64,000 nucleotides of DNA from Callorhinchus milii (GCF_018977255.1 NW_024704742.1:111664001-111728000); one strand, 5' to 3'. Counted from the first letter of the stretch, positions 1 through 12,895 are shown. The notes: generated by a model from the letters alone, not told the origin. Program-made: numbers and translations.

Positions 1-140
1 GTGGTGATGGAGTGGGGAGTAAGCAGATCAGAAAAGTAGGAAGGTGCGAAGGGATTTGTAGACGAGCGTGAGGATCTTGAAGTTGATCCATTCCGTAATA
101 CGGAGCCAGTGGAGCCTGGCGAGAACTGATGTGATGGAAG
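1..140 (-). mobile_element. L2 LINE ORF2 fragment, truncated by window edge
   Basis: gaggatcttgaagttgatcc...agccagtggag is the reverse complement of the L2 HWLP..RINFKIL region seen in the 20216-20718 copy. Confidence 0.7.
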
Positions 141-923
141 TTTAGTGCAGATGAATATAGTATATTTGCTGTAATTCTTTATCAGCGCCTTGGGACGTCC
201 TCCCGACGTGAAAGGTGCTAAACAAATGTAATCTTGTTGTTGTTACATGATGACTGTGATGTGTCTGAATATTTCCCTCAAGATCAAGCAGAGAGATTGA
301 TATATTTACCCATGATGACGTATATTGTTCCACAATATGGATTCCTGTGATTTCTGGTTAAATAATTGGATTTTATTTGGCAAAGCAAAGCACCCTTTGT
401 GCCACAGAACAGCATGCTATGCATAATGAGCTCAGTCAGGCTTCTAACAGTATGCAAATAATGAAAAAAGGCTACAAGTGCAGAGTCCGTAACATAAATT
501 GGTTACCTCAGGAAGGTTATATACCACATCTCTCATCTCAGTTCATCGCTCACACAATTATATGCATATAAATATTAAATAGGATGAGCAATGGCCTAGA
601 TTGAACACTGACCCATAGCATAATCTTGAATACCCATTGCCCAAACTAATGGAAGGGAAAGACTGGCTGAAAAAGAAAAGGCTCTTGTTGGTAATCTATT
701 TGATGTAGAAGAGCGAACCAGTCTGGAATTCGAGAAATCAATGGCTGAAACAACTGGGAGGAGGAGGAATGAATAATCCACTGGGGGAGTGCTGGGTGGA
801 ATGTGCTTGCTATTTCACCTCTACTCTTTTAATCCTTAAAAAGACACTTGCTTATTCATGTGTGTCCACCATTTTTTAATTGGAATAAAGTTGGTATTCT
901 AATTTGGTAACATGATAACATGT

Positions 924-1220
924 TAGCTCAATGGTTAGAGTCCTGTAGCTCAGTGGTAAGAGCACTTGCCTCGCAAGCGAGAGAACTGGGTTTGATTCCC
1001 GGCAGGGTGAAACCTTGGGCAAGTTTCCTTACTCTACACGCCTGATAATAATCCCTCAAGAAAAAAGACCAATAATAAATTCAATCCACGACTGTTTGTG
1101 GGACACTGCTGTGTGCAATTGGCTGCCGCAATTCGCCCACAAATATACAGTCAATACACTTTACAGTATATTCTGTGAATCTCTTTGAGACTGTATCAAA
1201 TGCAAGGATTATTATTTATT
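924..1220 (+). mobile_element. tRNA-Ala-derived SINE, short form, with duplicated 5' end and target-site duplication
   Basis: GTCCTGTAGCTCAGTGG (A box) ... GGTTTGATTCCC (B box) ... caaatgcaaggattattattt tail; ATAACATG at 915-922 and 1221-1228. Confidence 0.92.
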
Positions 1221-1848
1221 ATAACATGATACTAATTTTAAGCGGGGTGGGTGTAAAGAGCTATACACTAATGATACTGCTCTGAGTTGAATGGAATTGT
1301 TGTTTTCGTGATCTGGGAAATATTTAGCAAAAACACCCGTTACTCAGAAGGATTCAACCATGAGATATCTTCAGTTTATGGCCTTGATATGTCTCAAAGC
1401 ACTTCACACAACATGTTACTCTGATTTTCAGTGAGTGTGTGTTAACCAATGCAGTAAAGTCTCAATAACAGGTGAATAATTAGTCTGTGGTGAATTTAGG
1501 CGTGGGAAGACTATCCATCCTTAGAATCTTGAAAACTTCAATAAGTTTTATAGTTGCCTTAAAATAATTTATCAAGAGATATAAAAACTCATGATTCAGG
1601 CAGTGCAATGTTGAACCCTCATGACATCATCATTGCCTCATCTCCCACTTTAGTTTCCATTATTCTACATATATTTGAGATGTAGAATTATCAAATGAAA
1701 CTGACTTGTTGAAAGACAATGCTTTACCTTATTCATAAATAAGAATGATTAAACTGGATTTCCTCCTGGAATATCTGCTGTTTTATCTAAAGTCTGTGGT
1801 GTTGAGTATTCATCAATCTCAATGAGCTCAATGGCTATCAGCCATTCA

Positions 1849-2239
1849 GTCCTGTAGAGTATTGGCTAGAGCACTCACCTCGCAAACGAGAGGACCTGGG
1901 TTTAATTCCCTGGAAGGGCAAAACATTGGTCAAGTTTTCTTACTCCACACGCCTCTGTTTACTTAGCAGTAAGTAGGAATCCAGTTGTTAGTCGATTAGC
2001 AGATCACTTTTCCAGGGTAATAATCCCTTCAAAAACAAAAATAAATAGAAATAAATAATAATAATTTGGTCACTTAATCCATGACTGTGAGACACTGCTG
2101 TGTGCAATTGGCTGCCGCGTTTCGTCCACAAAATATACAATCGATTCACTCTACAGTATATGTGTGAAGTGCTTTGAGATGTCTTGGAGACGTGATAAGG
2201 GGCTATATCAAATGCAAGGAATATTATTATTATTATTAT
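1849..2239 (+). mobile_element. tRNA-Ala-derived SINE, long form
   Basis: Same head and tail as 924-1220 plus internal segment ctctgtttacttagcagtaagtaggaatccagttgttagtcgatt; (TTA)n tail. Confidence 0.92.
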
Positions 2240-2736
2240 CTGCAGGATCTACTGTTTACAAATCCCATTGTGAATAGTGGACCACAATATTCAAAGCTTA
2301 TAATTTATGTTCAAATTCTTCTGTGTGTTACTGTAAAAAAAATTCAGATCTTCTGAAAGCAATTTTTCACAAAGATTCTAGTGCAATTATTATCAGTCCA
2401 TTCTGTCGGAATTGATGGACTGAAATGGCCTCTTTAGGTCCGGTACATTCCTATGTCCAATGTAAACCTGCATCTGTCATGCATGTGATTATACGGTCTA
2501 ATTTGCAGTATTTCTTAACAAAATCCCCTTAATAGGCATCCCAAAAGCATTCCTTGTCATCCCATGGGAACTTTGCTCTTCAAGCAGATCATGTTGTAAT
2601 GGAGTTCCCATTTGTAGTTCAGCATTCCGTACCTCTGGTTATCAGAGGTTATCTCCATTTGCAGGGCTGTTTCTTAGAAAGCCCCAGCAAAAATTACCAC
2701 TAATTAGACTGCATTTCATTGCCATGTTATATCATT

Positions 2737-3062
2737 GCATTGCCGCACACCCCTACCTCTCTGACCTCTCTCCTCAAAACAGTGCCCGTTGCCTTCGTTC
2801 CTCCAGGTCTGGCCTCTTCCTTGTCCCCCGAGTCCTCCACTCCACCCTCGGGGGCTGTGCCTTCAGCCACTATTCCCCGAGGCTCTGGAACTCCCTTCCT
2901 CACTCCCTTCGCCTTGCCCCCTCTCTTCCTATTTTCAGCTCTCTGCTGAAGACCTTTCTTTTCGACCGCGCCTATGGTCACCTTCCTCCCCCTCCCCCTG
3001 GCTCGGTCCTGGGATCTGTTCGGCGTGGAGGGCGCTACATAAATCCAAGTTGTTGTTGTTAT
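2737..3062 (+). mobile_element. L2 LINE 3' end, 5'-truncated
   Basis: Encodes PYLSDL..CAFSHYSPRLWNSLP..FSSLLKTFLFDRAY (L2 ORF2 C-terminus); (TTG)n tail; near-identical to 20216-20560. Confidence 0.92.
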
Positions 3063-3067
3063 CACTT

Positions 3068-3185
3068 ATAATAATAATATTAATAATCCTTGCATTTGAT
3101 ATAGCACTTTTCACATTTTCATGCATCTCAAAGCGCTTCACAGATTATACTGTAAAGTGAATTGACTATATATTTGTGGGCGAAT
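3068..3185 (-). mobile_element. SINE 3' tail fragment, tail-to-tail with the L2
   Basis: aataatccttgcatttgatatagcac...tcaaagcgcttcacag...aaagtgaattgact. Confidence 0.85.
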
Positions 3186-3537
3186 AGCACTAGAAGTAAG
3201 AAGTTTTGTGAAGTTTATAATCTCTTCTAACATAATAATAATAAATGCTTTATTTCTCATTTTCTTAAGTTACAACTGGATATTATAAAAGTGCTCAGTT
3301 AATTATATATTAATATAATTTGATTCTTTTTGCCAGATACCCCTTTCTCAGAGGTTGTGTAAAATGGTAAATTCAGGAACATACAGATAGTTATTATTGA
3401 GAAATACAGAGCACATTAAGTGTTTGGATTGACCTATGGACATTAAGCACGGTCGTACAGTGAATCATTTTCCAGAGAAACTGCTCGATCCCTTCTTTAA
3501 AGTAATGAATGTGCTCTACATAAAGTGAGAGAAATGA

Positions 3538-3619
3538 TGACGTCACTGCCTCATTTCTATCTGAACAGTCATCGAGGTCTCAGTGATTAATGAGAGTCTG
3601 ATAATGTTACCATGGAAAC
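3538..3619. promoter_or_regulatory. CRE palindrome plus RFX X-box
   Basis: TGACGTCA at 3538-3545 and GTTACCATGGAAAC at 3606-3619 in non-repetitive sequence; function inferred only. Confidence 0.5.
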
Positions 3620-6600
3620 AGTATCAGAATGATAATGCTAATGACCGTGAAGTGAGAGAGTCAGAAATAGGTGAGAGACGAACAAGACAAATTGGTGATT
3701 TGCGTGTGAATTTAACAAAACAGACGGTTCTCGTGACGGAATCGCTGCATTACCACCGGTGAAAGCTCCCGCAATGGAAACGATGTTTTGTCTAGGGAAT
3801 CTTCTGTAAGTCACGCAGAGCAGTGAGACTTCAGCTCTGTTGGAGATCTCAGGTTCTTGTCAAGGTCTTGAAACTCTGCGCAATGATTCCCTGGAGAAAA
3901 TAATGTTTACAGCTCGGGCATGTTGCCGTCAGTTACCGAGCATCTCTTAGACACCATTATTAACCCAAGATGGTTAGGGAGGCTTTCCACCTGCCTCCAG
4001 ACATCTTTCTTATGTGAAAGGATAAGTTTTGTAAATTCAGAGAGGACAAGTTTTGTAAATTCTTAAATCTTTGTCATTCTTAAATCCACTCTTAATTTTG
4101 AAGCTGAGTATTGTAGTCTGTATTCCTTAAAATAACCTGCAGAAAACTGGCATCTAATTAAGTTTTAATTTAAGAATTGTCCAGAATACGCCCTATCTGA
4201 AATGTTACACACAACTTGACCAATGGCCATTTGGTCAGGATACCAGGGCCAAAGAGCTTGTGGAATCATTTCTGCAGGAGAAGATCAGTTTAGGAACAGA
4301 CAGGCATATACCAGTGGGGAGAAAAAGTAGGAAATAATAATTTGACATAATAAATTTATATAAATTACAATGAGCAGCATTTCATCATTATGTCTGAATC
4401 TTGAGGGACCTCTAACATATGTGCATCACATCAGGAAATATAAGGAAGCTGACAATTGCCAGTTTAAACAATTCATTTGGATAAGAAACATTGATTGAGC
4501 TAAATTTTGTGAGATTTGTTAATTATGAAATCCAAGTGGGGACTTATTCCAATAACCAGAAGTATGTCACACATGTCAAGCAGCGTGAGGAAACTGTTCT
4601 GAAAGTAGACCATTGCCATAACTTGGTCTCACTGCCTTCAGGATTTTTCATAAAAGAAATAGCACAACATTGATCCCTATTGTCTAAGAGCAATTCTCTG
4701 AATGTTGATAAACTTACAGATCTTGACAGGTGAGAACATCTTATTCTCCATTGCAACCTAAATTTATTCACCTTGACGTTGTGATATTATAATTATTTTT
4801 TTCCATACACTCAAATGCCAAAGTACATACATTTTCCAACCATTAACTTTCAGTGTTTGAAAAGCAGAATTTATATTGTCTGTGTACGTGAAAGCTTAAG
4901 TGATATTGATGGAATAATGTACTGCAGAATAAACAAATGGAACTGGTACAGAGAGTATTGGTTGATATATAAACGTTTATTACAATAATAATCCTTGCAT
5001 TTGATCTTGTGCCTTTCACGTCAGGAGGATCTCTCAAAGTGCTTCACAGAATTTACTGGGAAGTTATTTTTGTGGGCGAACATTATGGCCCTTATTATAG
5101 CTGAAGTCTTGCTACTCTGTGTGACTTACAGAGGATTCAAGTGAGAACATGCTTTAACCAGTGGCCATTGCTGCTAGAGCATATTTTACATCCCACTGTC
5201 TGTTTTGTTAAGTTCTCACCAAATTCACCAGTTTGTCTTATGCTGCTTTCACCTATTTCTAATGTTCTCTCTTCACAGTCATAAACATTATGGATTACCC
5301 ACAAAACATGCTGAATGGAAAATTCAGTGGAGCTCCCAAAATATAGCATCCTGCCCTGCTGCAGAGTATATGTACTTCTAAATCTCTTAAGTGTTAACGT
5401 AATTGTTCAATAACTCAGCACTGATCCCAGGCTAAGCACTGGCATCACATAAAGAAATGCCAAATGGAATTGGGGTCACTTGTTCACAGAGAGGGAGGGA
5501 AATCAGAAGCTGAAGAATTCTAAGCCACAACTCTTAACGGCAAGTTTACAGCATAGACAGAACCATTGGCCATAGACCTGGTTAAAGATCATCTCCTAAT
5601 GCTCTTGGTTGTGAATAGAACAGGGGCACCAAGTGAGGGCAAGTAAAGTGATTGCACTCCTGACCATTTAAGCTATTGGGCAAACATGAGGGAAAAAAAT
5701 GCGAGAGGGGATTAGGAGGGCTCATGTGATGTAGAAACATCGGCACAGACTAGTTGGGTTTCGGTGTTGCACAGTCTATTTGTAAATAAAATAGCTCACT
5801 AAAAATAAGCTGTAATTGAATGTCAGGGCTAGAAAATTCACTTCAACCATATTAATAGATATTATAGTTGGGTTGCATCATCTGATCACTGGTAGCGAAG
5901 TGGAGAGGGAGAAGTGCATTTTTGCAGTAGGTATACAAGTATTTGCCTGATCCGTGTTGATAAAGATGCAAAGTGTGAAGGCTGGTTGTGGAGTTGCCTT
6001 TCTCTAGTTCTGTTTTGCCAATGAACTTATGATGCAAATACAAGTTACTGGTAATTTGGAATATAAATCTTAATGTGTCAAACTGCCTTTTTCATGTTGA
6101 TGTGATGCACACAGCAGTAAACTCCAGCATTCCTCTTTACTGCATCAAGATGTCACCATTCAATCCTTTTTTGTCTACTGCTGTCTTAATGCTGCTGGGA
6201 GCAAAGTTGCTTCACATCCAGCAGTGGAGTGATGTGGAGTACAAAGACTCATTTTTAAGTCTTGCTTCACATTTGCAGGGCACCGGGTCCATTACAACAC
6301 TAACAGGCGATTATGGATGAAATCAGGTGTTCACTTTGTATTATTATGATAGTGCTCATCACCAGATCAATGACACACCTGAGAGCGTTCAACAAAACGG
6401 TTAACCCAGTGTGACTGGCACCCGCTGTGTTTAGGAGGGGCAAATCACGCAGCTCCTCAAACAATCTCCTCCAAGTGGTGTCAGGAGCGGTGCTTCAGCA
6501 AAATTCACCACCACATGCTGAAGAGGTGCAGCATTAAAAATGCCTTGAAAGGAATGTCGATGGGGGAGCTCAATAGAATGAAAACTTCTCTTGAAGCTCC

Positions 6601-7514
6601 TCATGTGTGAAATCTGAAATAAGCAAAAAAATACATTTTGCTATTGCAATCTGACTTCAACAACGTTTTCAGTGATCTTAATATTAGTTTTGTGGTGTTT
6701 CGTGGTGTTGCACATATTTTCAACAATGATATTGCAATGATTCAAACAGTAGAGCTTTACCACCTCACGATGAATATATTGCAGCCTGGTAGTTTTGTTG
6801 ATATTTATTTGCACTTTAAGATATGTAGTGAATACAAGTTCATTTCATTTCCAATAAGTTTACAATCTAAACCACTATGTGAGACTGGCAATAAACAATT
6901 CCTGTGTTTGCTTGGAATACAAGGTTTGTACTGATCCCTCAATGTCCTCTTTCTTTTCCATGATGTGATTTCCTTTACATTTCCATTAAAGTTACACTTC
7001 AGTCCCAGCTTAGCAATACAACTGAATTGGACTGAAGATCTCGTGGAAGCATCTGTCCCAGAAGATTATTGAATTTTACCCACTTTAAAAATACATTGTT
7101 TCATAACTATCATAAACGCATTTAGCAAGGGTGCTCTTCCGAGCAAAGGAACAATAAAATACCAAAAGGATTTATACAATAATATGAGTTCAAAGTCCTG
7201 ATGTGGGGCTTCTTACTCAGAGGAAGAGAATTAAACAGGCAGCTGAACTTGAATGGAGAGTTGGGGGGTGGGGTGGTGGCGCTATCGGAACTTTGCATCT
7301 TACAGAGGTTTTAATCAGATTGGTCAAACTAGTCAGCTCTGAACTGGATTTTGTGGGGGATTGCTGTGAGTACAAAATAGTACCTCAGAGTATAAACTAC
7401 ACTTAGAGTATATTCTGTGAAGAACTTTGAGATGTCTGTTTGAAGTAAAAAGTGTTTTACCAAATGTGAGTATAATTATTAACCACTTATTCAATAATAT
7501 TAAGTGGTTAATTT

Positions 7515-8376
7515 ACACAATACAAATTACATTTATATAGTGCCTTTCACATCGGGAGGATGTCCCAAGGCACTGGGCAGTCAGGGATTTGGAACGGAGC
7601 TGCGGGACAGGATCGGGGAGGGAGAGCAGGGAGAGTAGGAGCACGGCCAAAAGCTCGGTTGAACAGGAGGGTTTCGAGACGTGCCTTGAACGAGGCAATG
7701 GAGGGAGTAAGGCAAAAGGAATGTGGGATGGAGTTCTATAGGGTAGGGGCAGAAAGGCTGAAGTCCCGGCCACCGATGGTGGAGTGGGCTGGGCGGGCGA
7801 CGTGGAACAGAGGGAGCAGACAGGTTGATATGGGGTCAGCAGGTCACAGAGGTGGGGAGGCGCAAGGTTGTGGAGGGCCTTGAAGGTAAGGATGAGGATT
7901 TTGAACTCTATCCTCTGGGGGATGGGGAGCCAGTGGAGCTGGGTGAAGGTGGGGATGATGGAGTCACAGAGCCTGGTGTGGGAGAGGACACGAGCTGCCA
8001 AGTTCTGGATAATCTGTAGCTTATGGAAGGAAGAGTTGGAAAGGCCGACAAGCTGGTAGTTGGCATTGTCAAGCCTAGATGGGATGAATGCATGGATGAG
8101 GGTTTCAGCGGACTGAGGGGTGAGGCAGTGGCAGAGCTGGACGATGTTGCAGAGGTGGGGGAAGGCAGAGCGGGTCATGGTACAGATGTTGGGTAGAAAG
8201 GAGAGTGGATAGTCAAACAGGATGCCAAGTTTCTGGACTGACTCAGTGAGGTGTAGTTTGCTTCGTTAGCTGGTGATGCTGTCAGTGCCTGAGGTGTGGA
8301 GCCAGTCAGGAGAGCCTCGCTGTTGTTGTTCAAATGTAGAGAGTTAGTTCTCATCCAGGCCTTGATGTCTGTCAAA
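7515..8376 (-). mobile_element. L2 LINE 3' ~860 bp, decayed ORF2
   Basis: ORFs give DIKAWMRTNSLHLN and HAFIPSRLDNAN..KLQIIQNLAARVL..HWLPIPQRIEFKIL; stem-loop tail gggacatcctcccgatgtgaaaggcac. Confidence 0.93.
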
Positions 8377-9129
8377 CATTCTCTCCCAGTTTGTTTTTGT
8401 CAATGTGGAGTGGCTTTTTTCCCCAGTGTGTGAATAGGGTGGCGTCTCCACAGACCACATAGACTCAATGCACCATTATGAATTTAGTCCTAAGTTCCTG
8501 TGTGTTCAATATTTCATGATTAGATCAAATGTAGACCACCAAGGTATACAGAAATGTTAGTCTTTGAAGCATCGGATTGAGGAATGCAAAGCACCAGAGA
8601 CTACCAGACAAATGAGACTGTGCAATTGCTCGTCCAAATGGAGATTGGATTCGAAGGTCAGGACTGGACTAACAGCAAATTGTATTGATGGTGAAAGTAC
8701 AAAAGAGTCATCCTTTGTAGACACAATGCAAAACATGGCGGTACAAAAAGTCAGTAATAAAATGGTGCAACACACAGGGGGAGCAGACAAAATGATAAGC
8801 AGCCATCCAACGTCTCTTTCTCCTCAAGGGACGAATGCTTTAGAATCTAAAAAGTCCAATTTTGATTACCTTAGATGTGAAGCCTACTTTAAATTTTCTT
8901 GCATCCCCTCATTCAATACATTACATTCAATACACTATGAAGAGAGGCAGATAATTTCACTCTCAGCACTTTTTGAAACTATTTTTTTCTATCCTGAGTC
9001 AAATATGGTTGGAGGGGTCCAAAAATCCAAGCCCCATGTTCCCCTATAAATTAGGAAGCGTTCACTGCAGTCTACCCATCCTTCCCACCTCCCCTGTGTA
9101 GAATTGATCCCCGGCACTTAAAATTATCT

Positions 9130-9615
9130 CAGGTCTGATTTATCTCTGTGACGGTTTCCAGTTCCTGAGCCAGGTGGGTCCACAGTACTCCAGGGCATTG
9201 CTGATGACCGCCCATCCAGTCTTGCTCATCGGCAGGATTTGGAAGAGCAGACCAGTCACTGGGGACAGGGATTCTTCCTGCTCAGCTCCCGTTAATCCTT
9301 TAAGCCAAAGCCCCAACTAGACAAACAGCAGGAAAGCCTTCCAGATATTGCTTTCAATGGCATGCTATGTGGTTTGGGTTGGTTAGACTCCAACAGTACT
9401 CCAACGCACACTCTAGAACCCCCAAGCCTTGCCTCATGCTCTTACTTAGGTTAGCAGGATGCGGCCCTAAGGGAGGGAGAGCACATCCCATTTCAATATA
9501 TATCTCTGGAATCTCCACGTATAGGTGAGATGCATGGAACTCTTAGTTTGGTTTGGATACTCTTAATCATGGTAATGGATTGTTACATATGCTGGACACC
9601 CAGCTGACTAAAAAC
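9130..9615 (+). repeat. Unclassified ~600-bp interspersed repeat, copy 1 (5'-truncated)
   Basis: Shares gttcctgagc..cagtactccagggcattgctgatgac..cagctcc.gttaatcct..aagccaaag..ggaactc..tttggatac with copies at 30.4, 34.3, 36.5, 47.9 and 57.5 kb. Confidence 0.85.
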
Positions 9616-10247
9616 ATTATCTCCAATGAATGTTAGGTGCAATCCAGAAAGAATAGTTTCCTTGTAATCTATTTTGATGCTGTGGAAACTTCAAGTGGGG
9701 GAAAAGTAAGAAAGCTGTGAAAAAAGAATTACCAAGATCATTTAATATCTTCGGCTGAAGACACAACAGCTGTAGTTTTGCTTCTTAAATGGGCAGGTAA
9801 TCTGTCTCTTTTATGAGGAGTTCATAAAGAAAGTTAAAAATACAATGGGGAGGAAGAGATGCTGTTTTCTTTAACTTGCACTGTCACCAATCTTGTTTCT
9901 TCTGATGTGAGGGAAGACTGCATTTTGATTCCCCTTGAGAAACAGGCCATTCACGAGCTGATACATGGAATTGGAAAGAAACTAGAAAATTTACAAGCTG
10001 TTGAAAATCATGCCCAGGTGGCAGCTTCCAATCCCATGTGATGCATAGCAAGAAAATATCCAGAAAATCCTTCTAAAAACATACCTCTTCATCTGTTCCT
10101 TTAAGTCAACACATTTATTTCTCTTAATTTCCTGCTTAATTCTCACTGTTGAATTTGTTAAGCACATCGAGATATTACTTTGGACCAAATACGATACATT
10201 AATGATTATTATTACTATAAACGCAGAACCAATTAAACTAGATATTT

Positions 10248-10760
10248 TCAGCTTGGCTCAATGGGTAGTACTCCTGTCTCCAGGTCAGAAGGTGATGAGT
10301 TAAAGGCTAACATCAGGACTCGGCTACACTCTAGCATCAGAACTGTTGTTTTTTTTGCACGAGATGTTAAAACTGTGAGGTCCTGACCTAGCTTGTTTAG
10401 GTAGATGTTCGGTATCCCATGACATAACTTGAAAAGAGAAGGCAGTTTCTCCTATTGTCCTAAGCCCCATTCCTCCAGATTGTTGCTGTGCGCAATTGGC
10501 TGCCGTGTTTCGCCCACAAAATATACAGTCAATTCACTTTACAGTATATTCTGTGAAACGCTTTGAGACGTCTCGAAGACGTGATGAGGTGTTACATCAA
10601 ATGGAAGGATTATTATTATTTGGTCATTCAACTCATGGCTGTTTGTGGGACCTTGCTGAGCTCAAAAAGGCTGCTGTGCTTGCCCACAAATAAAATGATC
10701 ACTACACTTGAAGTGAGATGTTTATACATATAAAGTGCTATAAAAATGCAAGCGCTCTTC
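10248..10760 (+). mobile_element. Old Deu-domain SINE interrupted by a younger SINE 3' fragment (about 10480-10620)
   Basis: tRNA-like head cagcttggctcaatgggtagtactc..gtcagaaggt; Deu-like gagatgttaaa..gaggtcctg..tcccatgac; two successive tails. Confidence 0.75.
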
Positions 10761-11249
10761 TTTATTGTTTGCAATGCATTACTGTTAGCAATATGAGATA
10801 ATCATGATTTGATACCAGCTGCAGACTTTCACTGTTGTACTAAAATCGCCATGAAATTCTTCCATGGTTCTGCATTCTCATGATAGCCCAAATCAAAACA
10901 AAGGCAGGTAATACATTCAATCATGAGTGGTATTTTTGGTGAAATTGATCATTTTTATCCTATCTGATTGGGTCCTTGTGGCATGTGCTGCCGGACAAGT
11001 AGATCTTGTAGTGATTCATAATTTACCAAATAGGTGACTTCAAGTACACAGTGCCAGTGATAATAGATACAAGTGTGTTTTGTGTTTTAGTCCACTCCAT
11101 GGTGCACGGATGGATTCAGCAAGCCTGCAGAAATAAATGGTAAAAATAGCTCATCTTTTCTACTGGGGGAGAGAAACATTACCCACAACAGAGACTTGCA
11201 CTCCCACACATGGTTTCAAAATCAAAGCAATTTTTTTGTCTTGCCATAA

Positions 11250-11500
11250 GTATAGCATTTTGTTATGTAATTGAAATGTTCTTTAGGCTGACATATGCCA
11301 TGGCTTCTTTTCATAGACTAGTCAATCAAGCCTTAAGAGTATTGGTGATTAAGAAGTGTTTAGCCCACCTGTATTGGGTGGAAAGCTTTATACTATTGTT
11401 AAAACAATACCTAAAAGGAGCAATGATGTTTCTATATGATCTTGAATCAGCATTAATAAGAAAAAAAAGCAAGCTTGAAAATCTGAGGTACTGGGAGACA
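11250..11500 (+). mobile_element. Decayed Gypsy/Ty3-type reverse transcriptase remnant
   Basis: MFFRLTYAMASFHRLVNQALRVLVIKKCLAHL resembles the Gypsy RT motif MPFGLxNAPAxFQRLMNxxLxxxxxKxCLxYL; catalytic DD absent. Confidence 0.5.
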
Positions 11501-11602
11501 GATTTAACAATTTTTTTATTAATGCATGTCTGACAGGGCCACCTATTTGGACTTGAAACTTGTAAGACATTAAGAACGTTTATGAATCTTGGTAGGCACT
11601 GT

Positions 11603-11951
11603 AATAATAATAATAATCCATGCATTTGATATAGCGCTTTTCACGTCTTCTAGATGTCTCAAAGTACTTCACAGAATATACTGTGAATTGACTGTATTTT
11701 TGTGGGCAAAACATGGCAGGGAATTGCGCACAGCAGTGTCCCACAAACAGTCGTGGCTTGAGTGACCAAATTATTATTGTTTTTTAAAGGATTATTATCC
11801 ACCAATCGACTAACAACCAGGTTCCTACTTTCAGCTAGGTAAACAGGCATGTGGAGTAAGGAAACTTGCCCAAGATTTCATCCTGCTGAGAATAGAACCC
11901 AGGTCTCTTGCTTGCGAGGCGAGTACTCTAAAGATTGAACTACAGGACTCC
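11603..11951 (-). mobile_element. tRNA-Ala-derived SINE, long form with small deletion
   Basis: Reverse complement of the family; ends ctacaggactcc. Confidence 0.92.
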
Positions 11952-12644
11952 ACACTAATATAAATGTTGACCCAGTGGGCCCATGAGAAAATGCAGGAAA
12001 ACAAATAACAAGAGGACAGTCTATATTAGAAAGACATTGTCCAGCATTTAGGATTTTTAGTGAAATGGATGTCTGTGTTGGATATGCGAGTGGGCCAGCG
12101 CTGTTCTAAGAAAGAGTTTGCTTAATGTGGTGCAATGCCTCTCAGACACTCATTAACTATAGCATGTTAAAAAAGAGGGTCAAAGAGTTCACTTGATTAC
12201 CAACCAGAACATTGCCTACAATTACTTTCCAGAATGACAAGAGGACAACAGTAAGCAGATGGATAGGCCTTGCTTCTTTGCCAAGTGTGACCTAATAGTA
12301 TTGGCTAGACAAGCTGAAATGAACCAAGTTGCAGATCTTTCATTACAATGCAGTCAGTTCCACTTCACTGAGTATCTGATAACTGAATATCTGTCAACAA
12401 AAAAATTAAAAATCTTTTTTTTAAAGTTGCTGTGTTTTCTTTTAGATACATATATTTACATAGTTAAAGAGGAAGTGGATTCTACAGCACTACTTTCTAA
12501 ATGCTACCATCATTTCTAAATGTTACTGCAAACAGCTATCTGAACACTTTTTTTTCTCAACCCTTATTGTGTTTTAAAATTGTCGCTTAAAGATAGCCTG
12601 GGAACAAACAATGCGTGTGGCTATCCCCCTGTGTCACACAGTGT

Positions 12645-12895
12645 TTTAAGTGCTCTGGGACGCCACCCGGTGTAGAGGGAGCTTTATAAATGCAAGTTGT
12701 TGTTGTGTGGCATTATTAGCTGCTGCCAATGTGACTTCACAACAACAACAACAACAACAAAATTACCTTTATAGAGTGCCTTTCACGTCGGGAAGATGTC
12801 CCAAAGCGCTGAACAGTCAGGTGTCGGGGCCCAAGATTGGGGGAGGGGTGGTATAGGGGTGAGGGAAGGCAGAGAGGTGGGAGGGCGATTAAAGG
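12645..12895. mobile_element. Two L2 3' tails in tail-to-tail orientation
   Basis: + tail gggacgccacccggtgtagagggagc..gcaagttgttgttg, then (CAA)n and a minus-strand tail gtgcctttcacgtcgggaagatgtcccaaagcgc. Confidence 0.75.

Noticed and set aside
629..775. Protein-like open frame TNGRERLAEKEKALVGNLFDVEERTSLEFEKSMAE
   Set aside because: No acceptor polypyrimidine tract or upstream start; unrecognised
2719..3160. Stacked overlapping ORFs (also at 7513-8093 and 20215-20738)
   Set aside because: Alternative frames of GC-rich L2 sequence, not genes
4024..4062. 15-bp direct repeat aagttttgtaaattc (similar short duplications at 46650-46690 and 35128-35160)
   Set aside because: Ordinary local slippage duplications
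8564..9049. 161-aa ORF on +
   Set aside because: Non-ATG start, no recognisable domain or splice context; compatible with chance
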